From an uncultured Oscillospiraceae bacterium (GTDB lineage: Bacteria; Bacillota; Clostridia; Saccharofermentanales; UBA5734): a stretch of DNA of 32,000 nt. Position numbers and translations under genes: made by a program. The stretch spans positions 1,866-33,865 of the forward strand of contig CAYPHB010000001.1 in the NCBI GenBank assembly GCA_964410445.1, in the 5' to 3' direction. Shown here one piece after another: positions 17,154 to 25,111 of this stretch. The first letter of the stretch is position 1. Each line of letters opens with the position of its first letter. The notes beneath the pieces are model-generated. The model had not been told where the DNA came from and ran no database searches. It worked only from the letters and a program-made list of their open reading frames with translations.

Positions 17154-18764
17154 ATGAAACTTAATCTTCAGGAGCTGCAGGATCAGCAGCAATGGACAGA
17201 TAAGGGCTATAAACTGCCGCAGTATAATATTGAAACTGTGCGCAGTCGCACCCTGGCTGAACCAGGCTGGATCCACTTTGGCGCAGGTAACATTTTCCGT
17301 GTCTTTCCTGCTGTTCTGCAACAACAGCTGCTCAACGCAGGGCTGACACAAACCGGAATTATCGTAGCTGAGGCATTTGATGAGGAGATAATTGATAAGG
17401 CATATACTCCATTCGACAACCTTAGCCTGATGGTTTCACTCAATGCCAATGGCAGCATCGATAAAGAAGTTGTCGCCAGCGTTGTTCATTCACTCAAGGC
17501 CAGCGCCCAGTATGAAGAACTGGCAAAATATTTCGTACAACCTTCACTGCAAATGGTTAGCTTTACAATCACCGAAAAAGGCTATGCGGTAAAAGGATCA
17601 GATGGCAATTATTTTAAATGGATCGCAGCCGACCTCGATTGCATTCCGGAAAAACCAAGCAGTATGATTAGCTTATTGACCAAACTGCTGAACGAACGCT
17701 ACATGGCTGGCGAACAACCGTTGGCTCTGGTGAGCATGGACAACTGTGCCCATAACGGCACCCGCCTGTATGAAGCTGTTATGACTTTTGCCAATGCCTG
17801 GGCGCATAAGAATCTGGTTGAAAGCGGCTTTATTGCTTACCTGAATAACAGTGAAAAAATTTCTTTCACCTGGAGCATGATCGACAAAATCACGCCCCGA
17901 CCGTCTGATGTCGTTCAGAAAAGCCTCATAGCCGATGGTTATGAGAGCACTGACATCATCATCACCGCAAAAAATACATACACAGCTTCATTTGTTAATG
18001 CGGAACCCACACAATACCTGGTTATCGAGGATTGGTTCCCTAACGGGCGTCCGCCGCTGGAGCACGCAGGGGTAATTTTCACCGACCGTGAAACAGTGGA
18101 TAAAGTTGAGACAATGAAGGTTACAACCTGCCTAAATCCGCTGCACACAGTACTGGCAATTTACGGCTGCCTGTTACGGAAGGCTACCATTGCTGACTGT
18201 ATGAAAGACCCCCAGCTCAAGGCTTTTGTGGAGAAAGTCGGTTATGTTGAAGGAATGCCGGTTGTCGTTGATCCAGGAATTATCAAGCCGGAAGAATTCA
18301 TCAACACCGTGCTCGAAGAACGTTTCCCCAATCCTTTCCTGCCCGATACCCCTGAGCGGATTGCCACCGACACATCCCAGAAAATTCCGATCCGTTTCGG
18401 CGAAACAATGAAAGCCTACCTGGCTAAAGGCGGCCCGGCTGCTCTGCAGGAGCTGGTTTATATCCCGTTGTTTATTGCCGGCTGGCTGCGCTACCTGTTG
18501 GGTTGCGACGATTGGTGCGAGCAGATGAACATGAGCCCGGATCCAATGCTGGAGGAACTGCAACACAAGCTGGCCTGGATCAACCTCGGCAATGCAGGTC
18601 CGTTCGGACCTACACTTAATCCTATTCTCGCCAACAAAGCAATTTTCGGCATTGACCTGGTTGCCAACGGTCTGGCCCCGAAAATAATCGGCTATTTCAC
18701 CGAGCTTGTGGCCGGTGAGGGCGCTGTACGCAACACACTGATAAAGTATCTGCCGGAGGAATAA
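17154..18764 (+). CDS. uxuB: Long-chain mannitol dehydrogenase family oxidoreductase, probable fructuronate reductase / D-mannonate oxidoreductase
   Basis: The roughly 536-aa length and N-terminal WIHFGAGNIFR Rossmann motif fit the mannitol-DH family. It is convergent with uxaE. ATG 17154 follows an AAGGGGG RBS. Confidence 0.6.
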   Translation: MKLNLQELQDQQQWTDKGYKLPQYNIETVRSRTLAEPGWIHFGAGNIFRVFPAVLQQQLLNAGLTQTGIIVAEAFDEEIIDKAYTPFDNLSLMVSLNANGSIDKEVVASVVHSLKASAQYEELAKYFVQPSLQMVSFTITEKGYAVKGSDGNYFKWIAADLDCIPEKPSSMISLLTKLLNERYMAGEQPLALVSMDNCAHNGTRLYEAVMTFANAWAHKNLVESGFIAYLNNSEKISFTWSMIDKITPRPSDVVQKSLIADGYESTDIIITAKNTYTASFVNAEPTQYLVIEDWFPNGRPPLEHAGVIFTDRETVDKVETMKVTTCLNPLHTVLAIYGCLLRKATIADCMKDPQLKAFVEKVGYVEGMPVVVDPGIIKPEEFINTVLEERFPNPFLPDTPERIATDTSQKIPIRFGETMKAYLAKGGPAALQELVYIPLFIAGWLRYLLGCDDWCEQMNMSPDPMLEELQHKLAWINLGNAGPFGPTLNPILANKAIFGIDLVANGLAPKIIGYFTELVAGEGAVRNTLIKYLPEE

Positions 18765-18809
18765 CCTGCCGGCAGCTAAGTCCATCATTATAAGAATTTC
18801 AAACATAAA

Positions 18810-18842
18810 CAGAGGCCGGGTTCCTGGGGGATCCGGCCTCTG
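18810..18842. terminator. Bidirectional intrinsic terminator between the convergent uxuB-like and uxaE genes
   Basis: CAGAGGCCGG (18810-18819) pairs perfectly with CCGGCCTCTG (18833-18842). T-rich flanks are present on both strands. Confidence 0.75.
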
Positions 18843-18885
18843 TATTGTCAGTTATGCTTTTGTGTTTATCAGTACCTGGTCAGAT

Positions 18886-20340
18886 TCAAATCAACCCTAG
18901 TGATTTCAGGTGACGTTGGAAATGCGTGCGGATAATCTGGTGGTAGGCTTCCTCTTCGTTATCAAGGATGTTGTACAAGCGTTTCTTAAGCACCAGCTCG
19001 CCTTTCTCCTCGAAGTTCAGGATACCGCCATAGTTGATATGCAGCAACTGGCGGGCGTTGTCGTCCTCCAGCAGTTTCCAGTAATCGTCAGGCTTAAGGA
19101 TGTCAATGTTCGGGCAGGTATCAACAGAGACATTTACGTGATAATTCTTTTTGGCGTTTTCCAGATTTTCGAGGCTGAAATTATACAGCTCATGGAACAG
19201 TTCGGTGTGATCATGTGAAAGCTGACGCACGAACTCCAGCCAGCTGGTGCCGGCTGTTTTGAGGTGGTAACGCTGGCCGGTGATCCTGGCGGCGCTGGGG
19301 AAAATCGCGAACTTATCGCTGCCGGAATGGAAGCTGATTTTATAACCCCACTGCTGCGCGATTGCCTGGTGCCCCACAAGCTGTTTGTCAAATTCTTCAA
19401 GATCACCAATGTAATCGATGCCCTTTTGGAATTCGCCAACAAAGCGCGGTGCCATGCTGATTACTTTCACTTTATAGCGCTCGATCAGTTCAGTGGCAAC
19501 AAACGCGTGCGCAAATAATGTGGTGGCGCAATCTGTTTCGTCGATGGAAACCTCAAAGCTGATATCAGGACGGTTCGCCAGGTATTCTTCATAAATATCA
19601 CGGGCAAAACGGATGGCATCAGCATACACAAGTACACTTTCTACCAAAGTTTCTTCATCGATGGCGCCAAAAGATTGTTCTTGCTCCAGGTAACGCTTAC
19701 GATAATAGCTCTTGTCTGCTTCCGGCAGGTCGTTGTATCGCTCAAAGCGCTCTGCGGCGCTTAAGCTATAAATTTCATTACGAATCTGCTCAGAGCAGTC
19801 AAGTGTGATCATCTTATAACCAGCTGCGATAGCGTCTTCGAGCGCATCACGGGTTTTCAGATGATCACCGTCGGCACCGAACGCTCCCTTGTAACCGTAT
19901 TGGAAAACACCCCAAACCGCATCTGCCAGCACGCTGGGGAAATTACGATTGGTCAGATTCAGTTCGCGTACAGATTGCTGAGCCAGTACAGGCATTGCGC
20001 CTGTGCCATCGATAGCAGCGAGGTGGCCAACCGTAGCCCGGCCCAAACGATCGCCCATACCTACCGAAATTACGTCAACGCTGATCGGTGAAGGGTTCAA
20101 GTGAGGCAGTTTCTGGCGCAGAACCAAGCTATTTTCGATGGTCAGCGGGCAGATCCTGAAGACGCCAACATCTTCGCCCTGCAAACCTTCACGGCCATCA
20201 CCGCGGGTTGCCAGGAAGCGCTCGCTGCCTTTGCGAACCATCATCCACTCGCTGTTGCCATGGGCAATTTTGGACCGGGTATAAACTTCAAAACCCTCAA
20301 GTCCGTCGTTTGTGGTCATTAAATTGATCGTTTCATTCAT
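18886..20340 (-). CDS. uxaE: Tagaturonate/fructuronate epimerase (UxaE family)
   Basis: GMGDRLG, AQQSVRE, FGADGDH, EVSIDET, RFVGEFQKGIDYIGDL, YKISFHSGSDKF and HLKTAGTSWLE match the Thermotoga UxaE signature blocks as I recall them. Start 20340 is preferred because AAGGAG lies 9 nt upstream. Confidence 0.8.
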   Translation of the reverse strand: MNETINLMTTNDGLEGFEVYTRSKIAHGNSEWMMVRKGSERFLATRGDGREGLQGEDVGVFRICPLTIENSLVLRQKLPHLNPSPISVDVISVGMGDRLGRATVGHLAAIDGTGAMPVLAQQSVRELNLTNRNFPSVLADAVWGVFQYGYKGAFGADGDHLKTRDALEDAIAAGYKMITLDCSEQIRNEIYSLSAAERFERYNDLPEADKSYYRKRYLEQEQSFGAIDEETLVESVLVYADAIRFARDIYEEYLANRPDISFEVSIDETDCATTLFAHAFVATELIERYKVKVISMAPRFVGEFQKGIDYIGDLEEFDKQLVGHQAIAQQWGYKISFHSGSDKFAIFPSAARITGQRYHLKTAGTSWLEFVRQLSHDHTELFHELYNFSLENLENAKKNYHVNVSVDTCPNIDILKPDDYWKLLEDDNARQLLHINYGGILNFEEKGELVLKKRLYNILDNEEEAYHQIIRTHFQRHLKSLGLI

Positions 20341-20367
20341 GATTGGCTGCTCCTTCATATTTCATTT

Positions 20368-20397
20368 TTTGACTTGTATATATTTGACTTGTATATA
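20368..20397. repeat. Perfect tandem direct repeat (TTTGACTTGTATATA)x2 in the dhaK-uxaE spacer
   Basis: Units are at 20368-20382 and 20383-20397. On the + strand this gives TTGACT(20369-74)-17 nt-TATATA(20392-97). On the - strand TATATA hexamers lie about 35-50 nt upstream of the uxaE ATG. Confidence 0.95.
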
Positions 20398-20414
20398 TAA
20401 GAATAAGGGATTAA

Positions 20415-21410
20415 TCAGAAGATGTGAACAGCAGCATCCGCGTCAGCCGCCATCAGCCGTTCAAGCTCTGCGTCCAGCTTTAGTAAAGTAAGTGAGAACC
20501 CGGCCATTTCCAGCGAAGTGCAGTAGTTGCCAACATAGTCGCGGACAATTTCCAAGCCTCTCGCTTCACATTTTTGAGCGGCGAGGCCGTAAAGCAGATA
20601 AAGCTCACTTATAGGGGTGCCGCCAAGGCCATTGATCATGACGGCAACGCGGTCACCTGATTTAAACGGCAGGTCACTGGCCACAGCTTCAAACACTTCG
20701 TCCATAATTTCGCTGGCAGTGCGGATTTTATCACGCCTGCGGCCCGGTTCCCCGTGAATGCCAATACCGAATTCCATTTCATCGTCAGCGATTTCAAAAA
20801 TCGGCTCACCTTTGGCAGGTGGCGTGCAGGAAGATAAGGCGACCCCCATGCTGCGCACGTGATTGTTAACTTTCTCACCCAGGGCTACGAGTTCTTCCAG
20901 GCTCGCGCCTTCTTCTGCTGCCGCACCAACGGCTTTGATTACAAAGAAGTTGCCGGCAACACCGCGGCGGCCGACAGTATAAAGGCTGTTTTGGACAGAA
21001 ACGTCGTCATCAATAATAACCACGCCAACCTTGATACCCTCCATCTCCGCCATTTCCCGGGCCATGTCCCAGGCCATGCGGTCCCCCTGATAGTTGTTGA
21101 TCAGGTGCAGCACGCCTTTAGGGGAGTTCATCAGACGGGTGCATTCAAGCACGTAATCCATCGGCGGCGCTGCGAACACGTTACCCGGGCAAGCGGCGTC
21201 AAGCATACCTTTGCCCACGATCATGACATGCGCCGGCTCATGGCCGCTGCCTGAACCCTGAATAATCGACACCTTGTTTTCATTCGGCATATCTGCGCGA
21301 TAGATGATATTGTATTCGGGAATTAATTTGAGTTTGCCATGACTGGCAAGGCAGACACCTTCCAACATTTCTTTGACGAAATCTTCCGGCTTGTTCAAGA
21401 ATTTTTTCAT
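20415..21410 (-). CDS. dhaK: Dihydroxyacetone kinase family, substrate-binding subunit DhaK (Dak1 domain)
   Basis: The GSGSGHEPAH, DRMAWDMA and GIGIHGEPG motifs are present in a 331-aa protein. GAGGAG RBS is present. Confidence 0.9.
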   Translation of the reverse strand: MKKFLNKPEDFVKEMLEGVCLASHGKLKLIPEYNIIYRADMPNENKVSIIQGSGSGHEPAHVMIVGKGMLDAACPGNVFAAPPMDYVLECTRLMNSPKGVLHLINNYQGDRMAWDMAREMAEMEGIKVGVVIIDDDVSVQNSLYTVGRRGVAGNFFVIKAVGAAAEEGASLEELVALGEKVNNHVRSMGVALSSCTPPAKGEPIFEIADDEMEFGIGIHGEPGRRRDKIRTASEIMDEVFEAVASDLPFKSGDRVAVMINGLGGTPISELYLLYGLAAQKCEARGLEIVRDYVGNYCTSLEMAGFSLTLLKLDAELERLMAADADAAVHIF

Positions 21411-21432
21411 TGTTTCTCTCCTCGTCTGCGGA

Positions 21433-21447
21433 ATCGTAATATACGAT
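21433..21447. repeat. Short perfect inverted repeat ATCGTA-ATA-TACGAT in the dhaL-dhaK spacer, just upstream of the dhaK RBS
   Basis: Read directly from the sequence. Function is unknown. Confidence 0.5.
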
Positions 21448-21495
21448 GGCTTTGATGCTGCTTTAGCTATGCGATTGTTATGCGTCGCTTGCTTC

Positions 21496-22140
21496 TCAGG
21501 CTTGTTCGTTCAATGCCTTGGCTATTGCTTTGGCCATATCACCCATAGCGATTATTCCCGGATCGTATGTCCCTCTGCTGCGTTCGCCGGTGAAGGACTG
21601 GCGTCCGCGTTTAGCGATCCAACCTTTTGTGGTTTCACGGGTTTCGTATGCTGCTTCGGCTGCCGCGTCAAACGCTGTCAACAAGGAATCGACATTATTA
21701 GACTGAGATTGCCGCAGGCTTTTCACGATGGCGTCAAGCGCGTCCAGCAGTGTTTTATCGCCGGGAACTGCGCCGCCGCGGGCTGTTATGCCTTGCATGG
21801 CTGATTCCAGCATGGCGATGATATCCGGCAGAATGAGTTCGGCCTTGCCTTTGGCAACTGCTCCACAACGCATGAACAGTGTACCCCAAACAGGGCCGGA
21901 GCTGCCGCCTGTCTTACTGACTATAATGGTGGCAACACTAAGCAAGAAACTACTGATGCTGCTGCGATCCAGCTTTTCCCAGCCGGCTGTGAGGGCTCTG
22001 TACCCGTCCGCCAGGGAAGTGCCAAAGTCAGCATCGCCCATTACAGCATCAAGATCAGAGAAGTACTTTTCATTGGCGAGGGCTACATCTGCCATGGTAC
22101 GGACTACAAGTTCCACATCCTGCTGTGTCAATTTTTCCAT
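21496..22140 (-). CDS. dhaL: Dihydroxyacetone kinase family, nucleotide-binding subunit DhaL (Dak2 domain)
   Basis: DAVMGDADFG (Mg/nucleotide Asp triad), GGSSGP, PGDKTLLDAL and RGRQSFTGERS motifs are present in a 214-aa protein. GGAGG RBS is present. Confidence 0.9.
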   Translation of the reverse strand: MEKLTQQDVELVVRTMADVALANEKYFSDLDAVMGDADFGTSLADGYRALTAGWEKLDRSSISSFLLSVATIIVSKTGGSSGPVWGTLFMRCGAVAKGKAELILPDIIAMLESAMQGITARGGAVPGDKTLLDALDAIVKSLRQSQSNNVDSLLTAFDAAAEAAYETRETTKGWIAKRGRQSFTGERSRGTYDPGIIAMGDMAKAIAKALNEQA

Positions 22141-22278
22141 CTAACCAACCTCCTCAGGAATTGCATGGTAAGTGTACGACAAAGAATCAAAGTCTCAATA
22201 TTATGATACAACACCGCAAGTCCAAATACACCGTGATCGTTGGGCAGAAAATGCTGTATGATTAAGTAAGTGAATAAC

Positions 22279-22333
22279 CTTGACCGAAAATGAAGGCTTA
22301 ACGATAGGCTTGATAGGCTTGAACCGAAGAAGG
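22279..22333. repeat. Cluster of short direct repeats immediately upstream of the CDF exporter gene
   Basis: GATAGGCTT is tandem at 22303-22311 and 22312-22320. A degenerate copy GAAGGCTTA lies at 22292-22300. CTTGA(A)CCGAA occurs at 22279-22288 and 22318-22328. Confidence 0.85.
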
Positions 22334-22342
22334 TAAGAAGCA

Positions 22343-23314
22343 ATGAGCAACCTTGAACCTGAAACCACAGCAGCGAAGCAAAACTCCCGTCAACCCAACA
22401 TAGGGCATGAACATAAGAATGGTCATATGCATAACCATGGACACAACGGAATTTCAGGACGCAAAATATTCTTTGTAACCATGCTTAACGCCCTAATAAC
22501 TATTGCTGAGTTTATCGGCGGTCTTGTTTCCGGTTCTCTGGCGCTGCTTTCGGACAGCCTTCATAATCTCAGTGACACAGTGGCAGTAGCCATGAGCTAC
22601 TTTGCTCATCGGATTGCTCAACGGCCAAAAAATGCCAAGCTTTCCTATGGGTACAAACGAATTGAAATTCTGGCCGCACTGGTTAATTCTGTCGCCTTAC
22701 TGGGAATCGCTGTTTTCCTTATTTTCGAAGCGATTTCCCGTTGGCGCTCGCCGGAAACAATTAACAGCACCTTGATGTTGGTTGTCGCCTTTATTGGCCT
22801 TTTGGCAAATTTGCTTAGTGTTTTTCTGCTCGAGCGCGATTCACATCGCAGCCTTAACATAAAATCCAGCTATCTGCATTTACTCAGCGATACCCTTTCC
22901 TCGGTTGGTGTGCTGCTAGGCGGTCTGGCGATCCGTTTCTGGAATGTCGTTTGGGTTGATCCGCTAATCACAATGCTGATCGCGGTTTATATTATCATCC
23001 AAACCGGTCGGATGCTGCGCGATATTGTCAGTATCCTGATGCAGACAGCCGCCAACCTTGATTACGAAAAACTGCGCCAAGACATTTTGGCTATCGACCA
23101 CGTCCGAGGCCTGCATCATATCCATACCTGGATGATCAATGAGGAAACGATATTTTTTGAAGCCCATGTTCAAATGGAGGACATGCCGCTGGCAGATGTA
23201 CAAACTATTACGGAAAAAATTGCAGAATTATTAAAGGAAGAATACGGAGTCAGTCACGTCACACTGCAAGCGGAAGTATTGGCCTGCGCGTGTGAAGATG
23301 TCTGCGACGTATAA
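22343..23314 (+). CDS. czcD: Cation diffusion facilitator (CzcD/ZitB-type) divalent metal exporter with a His-rich N-terminus
   Basis: The N-terminus contains HEHKNGHMHNHGHNG. TM2 DSLHNLSD and TM5 LHLLSDTL carry the H-x3-D metal site. There is a C-terminal cytoplasmic domain. Confidence 0.85.
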   Translation: MSNLEPETTAAKQNSRQPNIGHEHKNGHMHNHGHNGISGRKIFFVTMLNALITIAEFIGGLVSGSLALLSDSLHNLSDTVAVAMSYFAHRIAQRPKNAKLSYGYKRIEILAALVNSVALLGIAVFLIFEAISRWRSPETINSTLMLVVAFIGLLANLLSVFLLERDSHRSLNIKSSYLHLLSDTLSSVGVLLGGLAIRFWNVVWVDPLITMLIAVYIIIQTGRMLRDIVSILMQTAANLDYEKLRQDILAIDHVRGLHHIHTWMINEETIFFEAHVQMEDMPLADVQTITEKIAELLKEEYGVSHVTLQAEVLACACEDVCDV

Positions 23315-23326
23315 ATCGCAGATTAA

Positions 23327-25021
23327 ATGAAAGGAAATATGCCTGTGAATAACAATACCGACAGCAAATCCAAACGCCTTGTGGTTATCGGCGCAGTTGC
23401 CGCCGGCACCTCAGCAGCAGCAAAAGCTCGTCGTAACGACGAATCACTGGAAATTACCGTTTATGAACGTGACAGCCACATCTCCTATTCCGGCTGTGGG
23501 TTGCCTTATTTTATTGGTGGAATTGTCGAAGACATTGCGACTCTGACGCCACGTGACCCGGCATTTTTTGCGTCAAGATCCGCTATTGATATCCGCATTA
23601 AGCACGAAGTCCTGGCGATCGACACTGAGCAGAAAACACTTAGAGTCCGCAATCTGACAGATAATAGTGAATTCACTGACCACTACGATACTTTAGTGCT
23701 GGCAACCGGTGCGACAGCCGTGCGGCCACCGATACCTGGTATTGATCTGCCGCATGTTTTCACCCTGCGCACTCCAAATGATGCCATAGCTATCCGTAAA
23801 CTGATTGAAGACCGCCAGCCCCAAAGTGCGGTAATTATCGGCAGCGGCTTTATTGGTTTGGAAATGGTGGAAAACCTGGCCCATCTTGGGATTGATATCA
23901 CTTTGGTTGAATTGCTTCCTCAAATTTGCCCGGTGCTGGACCCGGATATGGCGCCCCGGTTGGAGGCATATTTAGTGGAGCAGGGAATTGAGGTTTTACC
24001 CGGGCATAAAACTGTGGAAATCACAGCTAAGGAAGTAAAATTTGAAAATGGTGCCAGTGCCGCTGCCGATTTGGTGATCGTGGCAACGGGTATCCGTCCG
24101 AATACTGAACTGGCGCGTTCAATCGGTGTCGTTTTAGGACCTACCGGGGCGATCGCGGTTAATGATCGGATGCAGACAAACCTGCCGGATATTTATGCTT
24201 GCGGAGACTGCGCGGAGAGCTTCTCCATAATTGACGGTAAACCAATTTACCGGCCGCTGGGCTCTACTGCCAATAAACAAGGTCGCATCGTTGGTGATGT
24301 TGTTACAGGCGGCGACCTGACGCATCACGGCATAGCCGGCACCGGAATTTTCAGAGTGTTTGAGCTTAATATCGGAACTACAGGTCTTAAACTGCATGAA
24401 GCTGAGGCTAAAGGCTACGATGTTGCCTTTGCTCACATCAAGAAGCCGGCGATTCCTGAGTATCTTAACGGCAGGGAAATGGTGATCAAGGCCATGACCG
24501 ACCGTAAAACCAAAAAACTACTGGGGGTTCAGATTATTGGCTTTGAAGGCGTCGACAAGAGGCTCGATGTCTTCGTGACAGCAATGACCGCAGGACTAAC
24601 AGCGCCTGAGCTGGCTCAGATTGACCTGGCTTACGCACCGCCGTTTGCCACCACTAAGGATCCGGTTATTTATACTGGTATGGTTATGAGCAACATTCTG
24701 GAACGCCATCATGGCCTGATGCCGGCAGAAAAACTAATTCAGCTGCTGGAAACAGACCCGGAATCGGTGACAGTGATAGATACGCGCAGTTCCGAGCAAT
24801 ATGAGAAAAGCCATGTGGAAGGCGCGATCAACATTTCCCAGGCGGCAATCCGAGCGCAAATCAGTCAGCTGGACCCTGCAAAAACGTATGTCACTTATTG
24901 TAACGGCGGGGTTACCGGCAATGCCGTTCAGAATATACTGCTCAACTATGGCTTCAGCAAGGTTTACAACCTTTCAGGCGGCTATGCCCAATACCAGGTT
25001 ACAAAAAAGATGATCAAATAG
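23327..25021 (+). CDS. CoA-disulfide / persulfide reductase (pyridine nucleotide-disulfide oxidoreductase) fused to a C-terminal rhodanese domain
   Basis: FAD motif VIGAVAAG, redox Cys in SYSGCGLPYF, second Rossmann IIGSGFIGLE, and a C-terminal rhodanese with loop TYCNGGVTG. It lies 12 nt after the czcD stop. An alternative ATG exists at 23339. Confidence 0.8.
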   Translation: MKGNMPVNNNTDSKSKRLVVIGAVAAGTSAAAKARRNDESLEITVYERDSHISYSGCGLPYFIGGIVEDIATLTPRDPAFFASRSAIDIRIKHEVLAIDTEQKTLRVRNLTDNSEFTDHYDTLVLATGATAVRPPIPGIDLPHVFTLRTPNDAIAIRKLIEDRQPQSAVIIGSGFIGLEMVENLAHLGIDITLVELLPQICPVLDPDMAPRLEAYLVEQGIEVLPGHKTVEITAKEVKFENGASAAADLVIVATGIRPNTELARSIGVVLGPTGAIAVNDRMQTNLPDIYACGDCAESFSIIDGKPIYRPLGSTANKQGRIVGDVVTGGDLTHHGIAGTGIFRVFELNIGTTGLKLHEAEAKGYDVAFAHIKKPAIPEYLNGREMVIKAMTDRKTKKLLGVQIIGFEGVDKRLDVFVTAMTAGLTAPELAQIDLAYAPPFATTKDPVIYTGMVMSNILERHHGLMPAEKLIQLLETDPESVTVIDTRSSEQYEKSHVEGAINISQAAIRAQISQLDPAKTYVTYCNGGVTGNAVQNILLNYGFSKVYNLSGGYAQYQVTKKMIK

Positions 25022-25111
25022 CGTGTATAAATAGAATGTCAAACAACGTGTGCAAATGACTTCGAATCACCTGCTGCCAACGACAAAGGCTAGTATTTCC
25101 GGAGGATGTTT

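Noticed and set aside
18174-18806. 210-aa antisense ORF inside the uxuB-like gene
   Set aside because: It lies entirely opposite a gene with clear family motifs. It has no Shine-Dalgarno sequence and no recognisable motifs, and it runs into the terminator hairpin.
20368-20397. Tandem repeats (also 31415-31452) as a CRISPR or mini-array
   Set aside because: There are only two abutting units with no spacers and no cas genes. They are simple tandem duplications.
20859-21804. Plus-strand ORFs of 131 and 143 aa antisense to dhaK/dhaL
   Set aside because: The Dak1/Dak2 motifs on the minus strand are unambiguous, and the antisense frames lack signals.
22141-22342. Possible czcD-motif (NiCo) riboswitch upstream of the CDF exporter
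   Set aside because: I could not trace a convincing multi-stem junction or the conserved core by eye; only a GGGCAG-like string is present. It needs cmsearch and is kept only as a check under the repeat-region finding.
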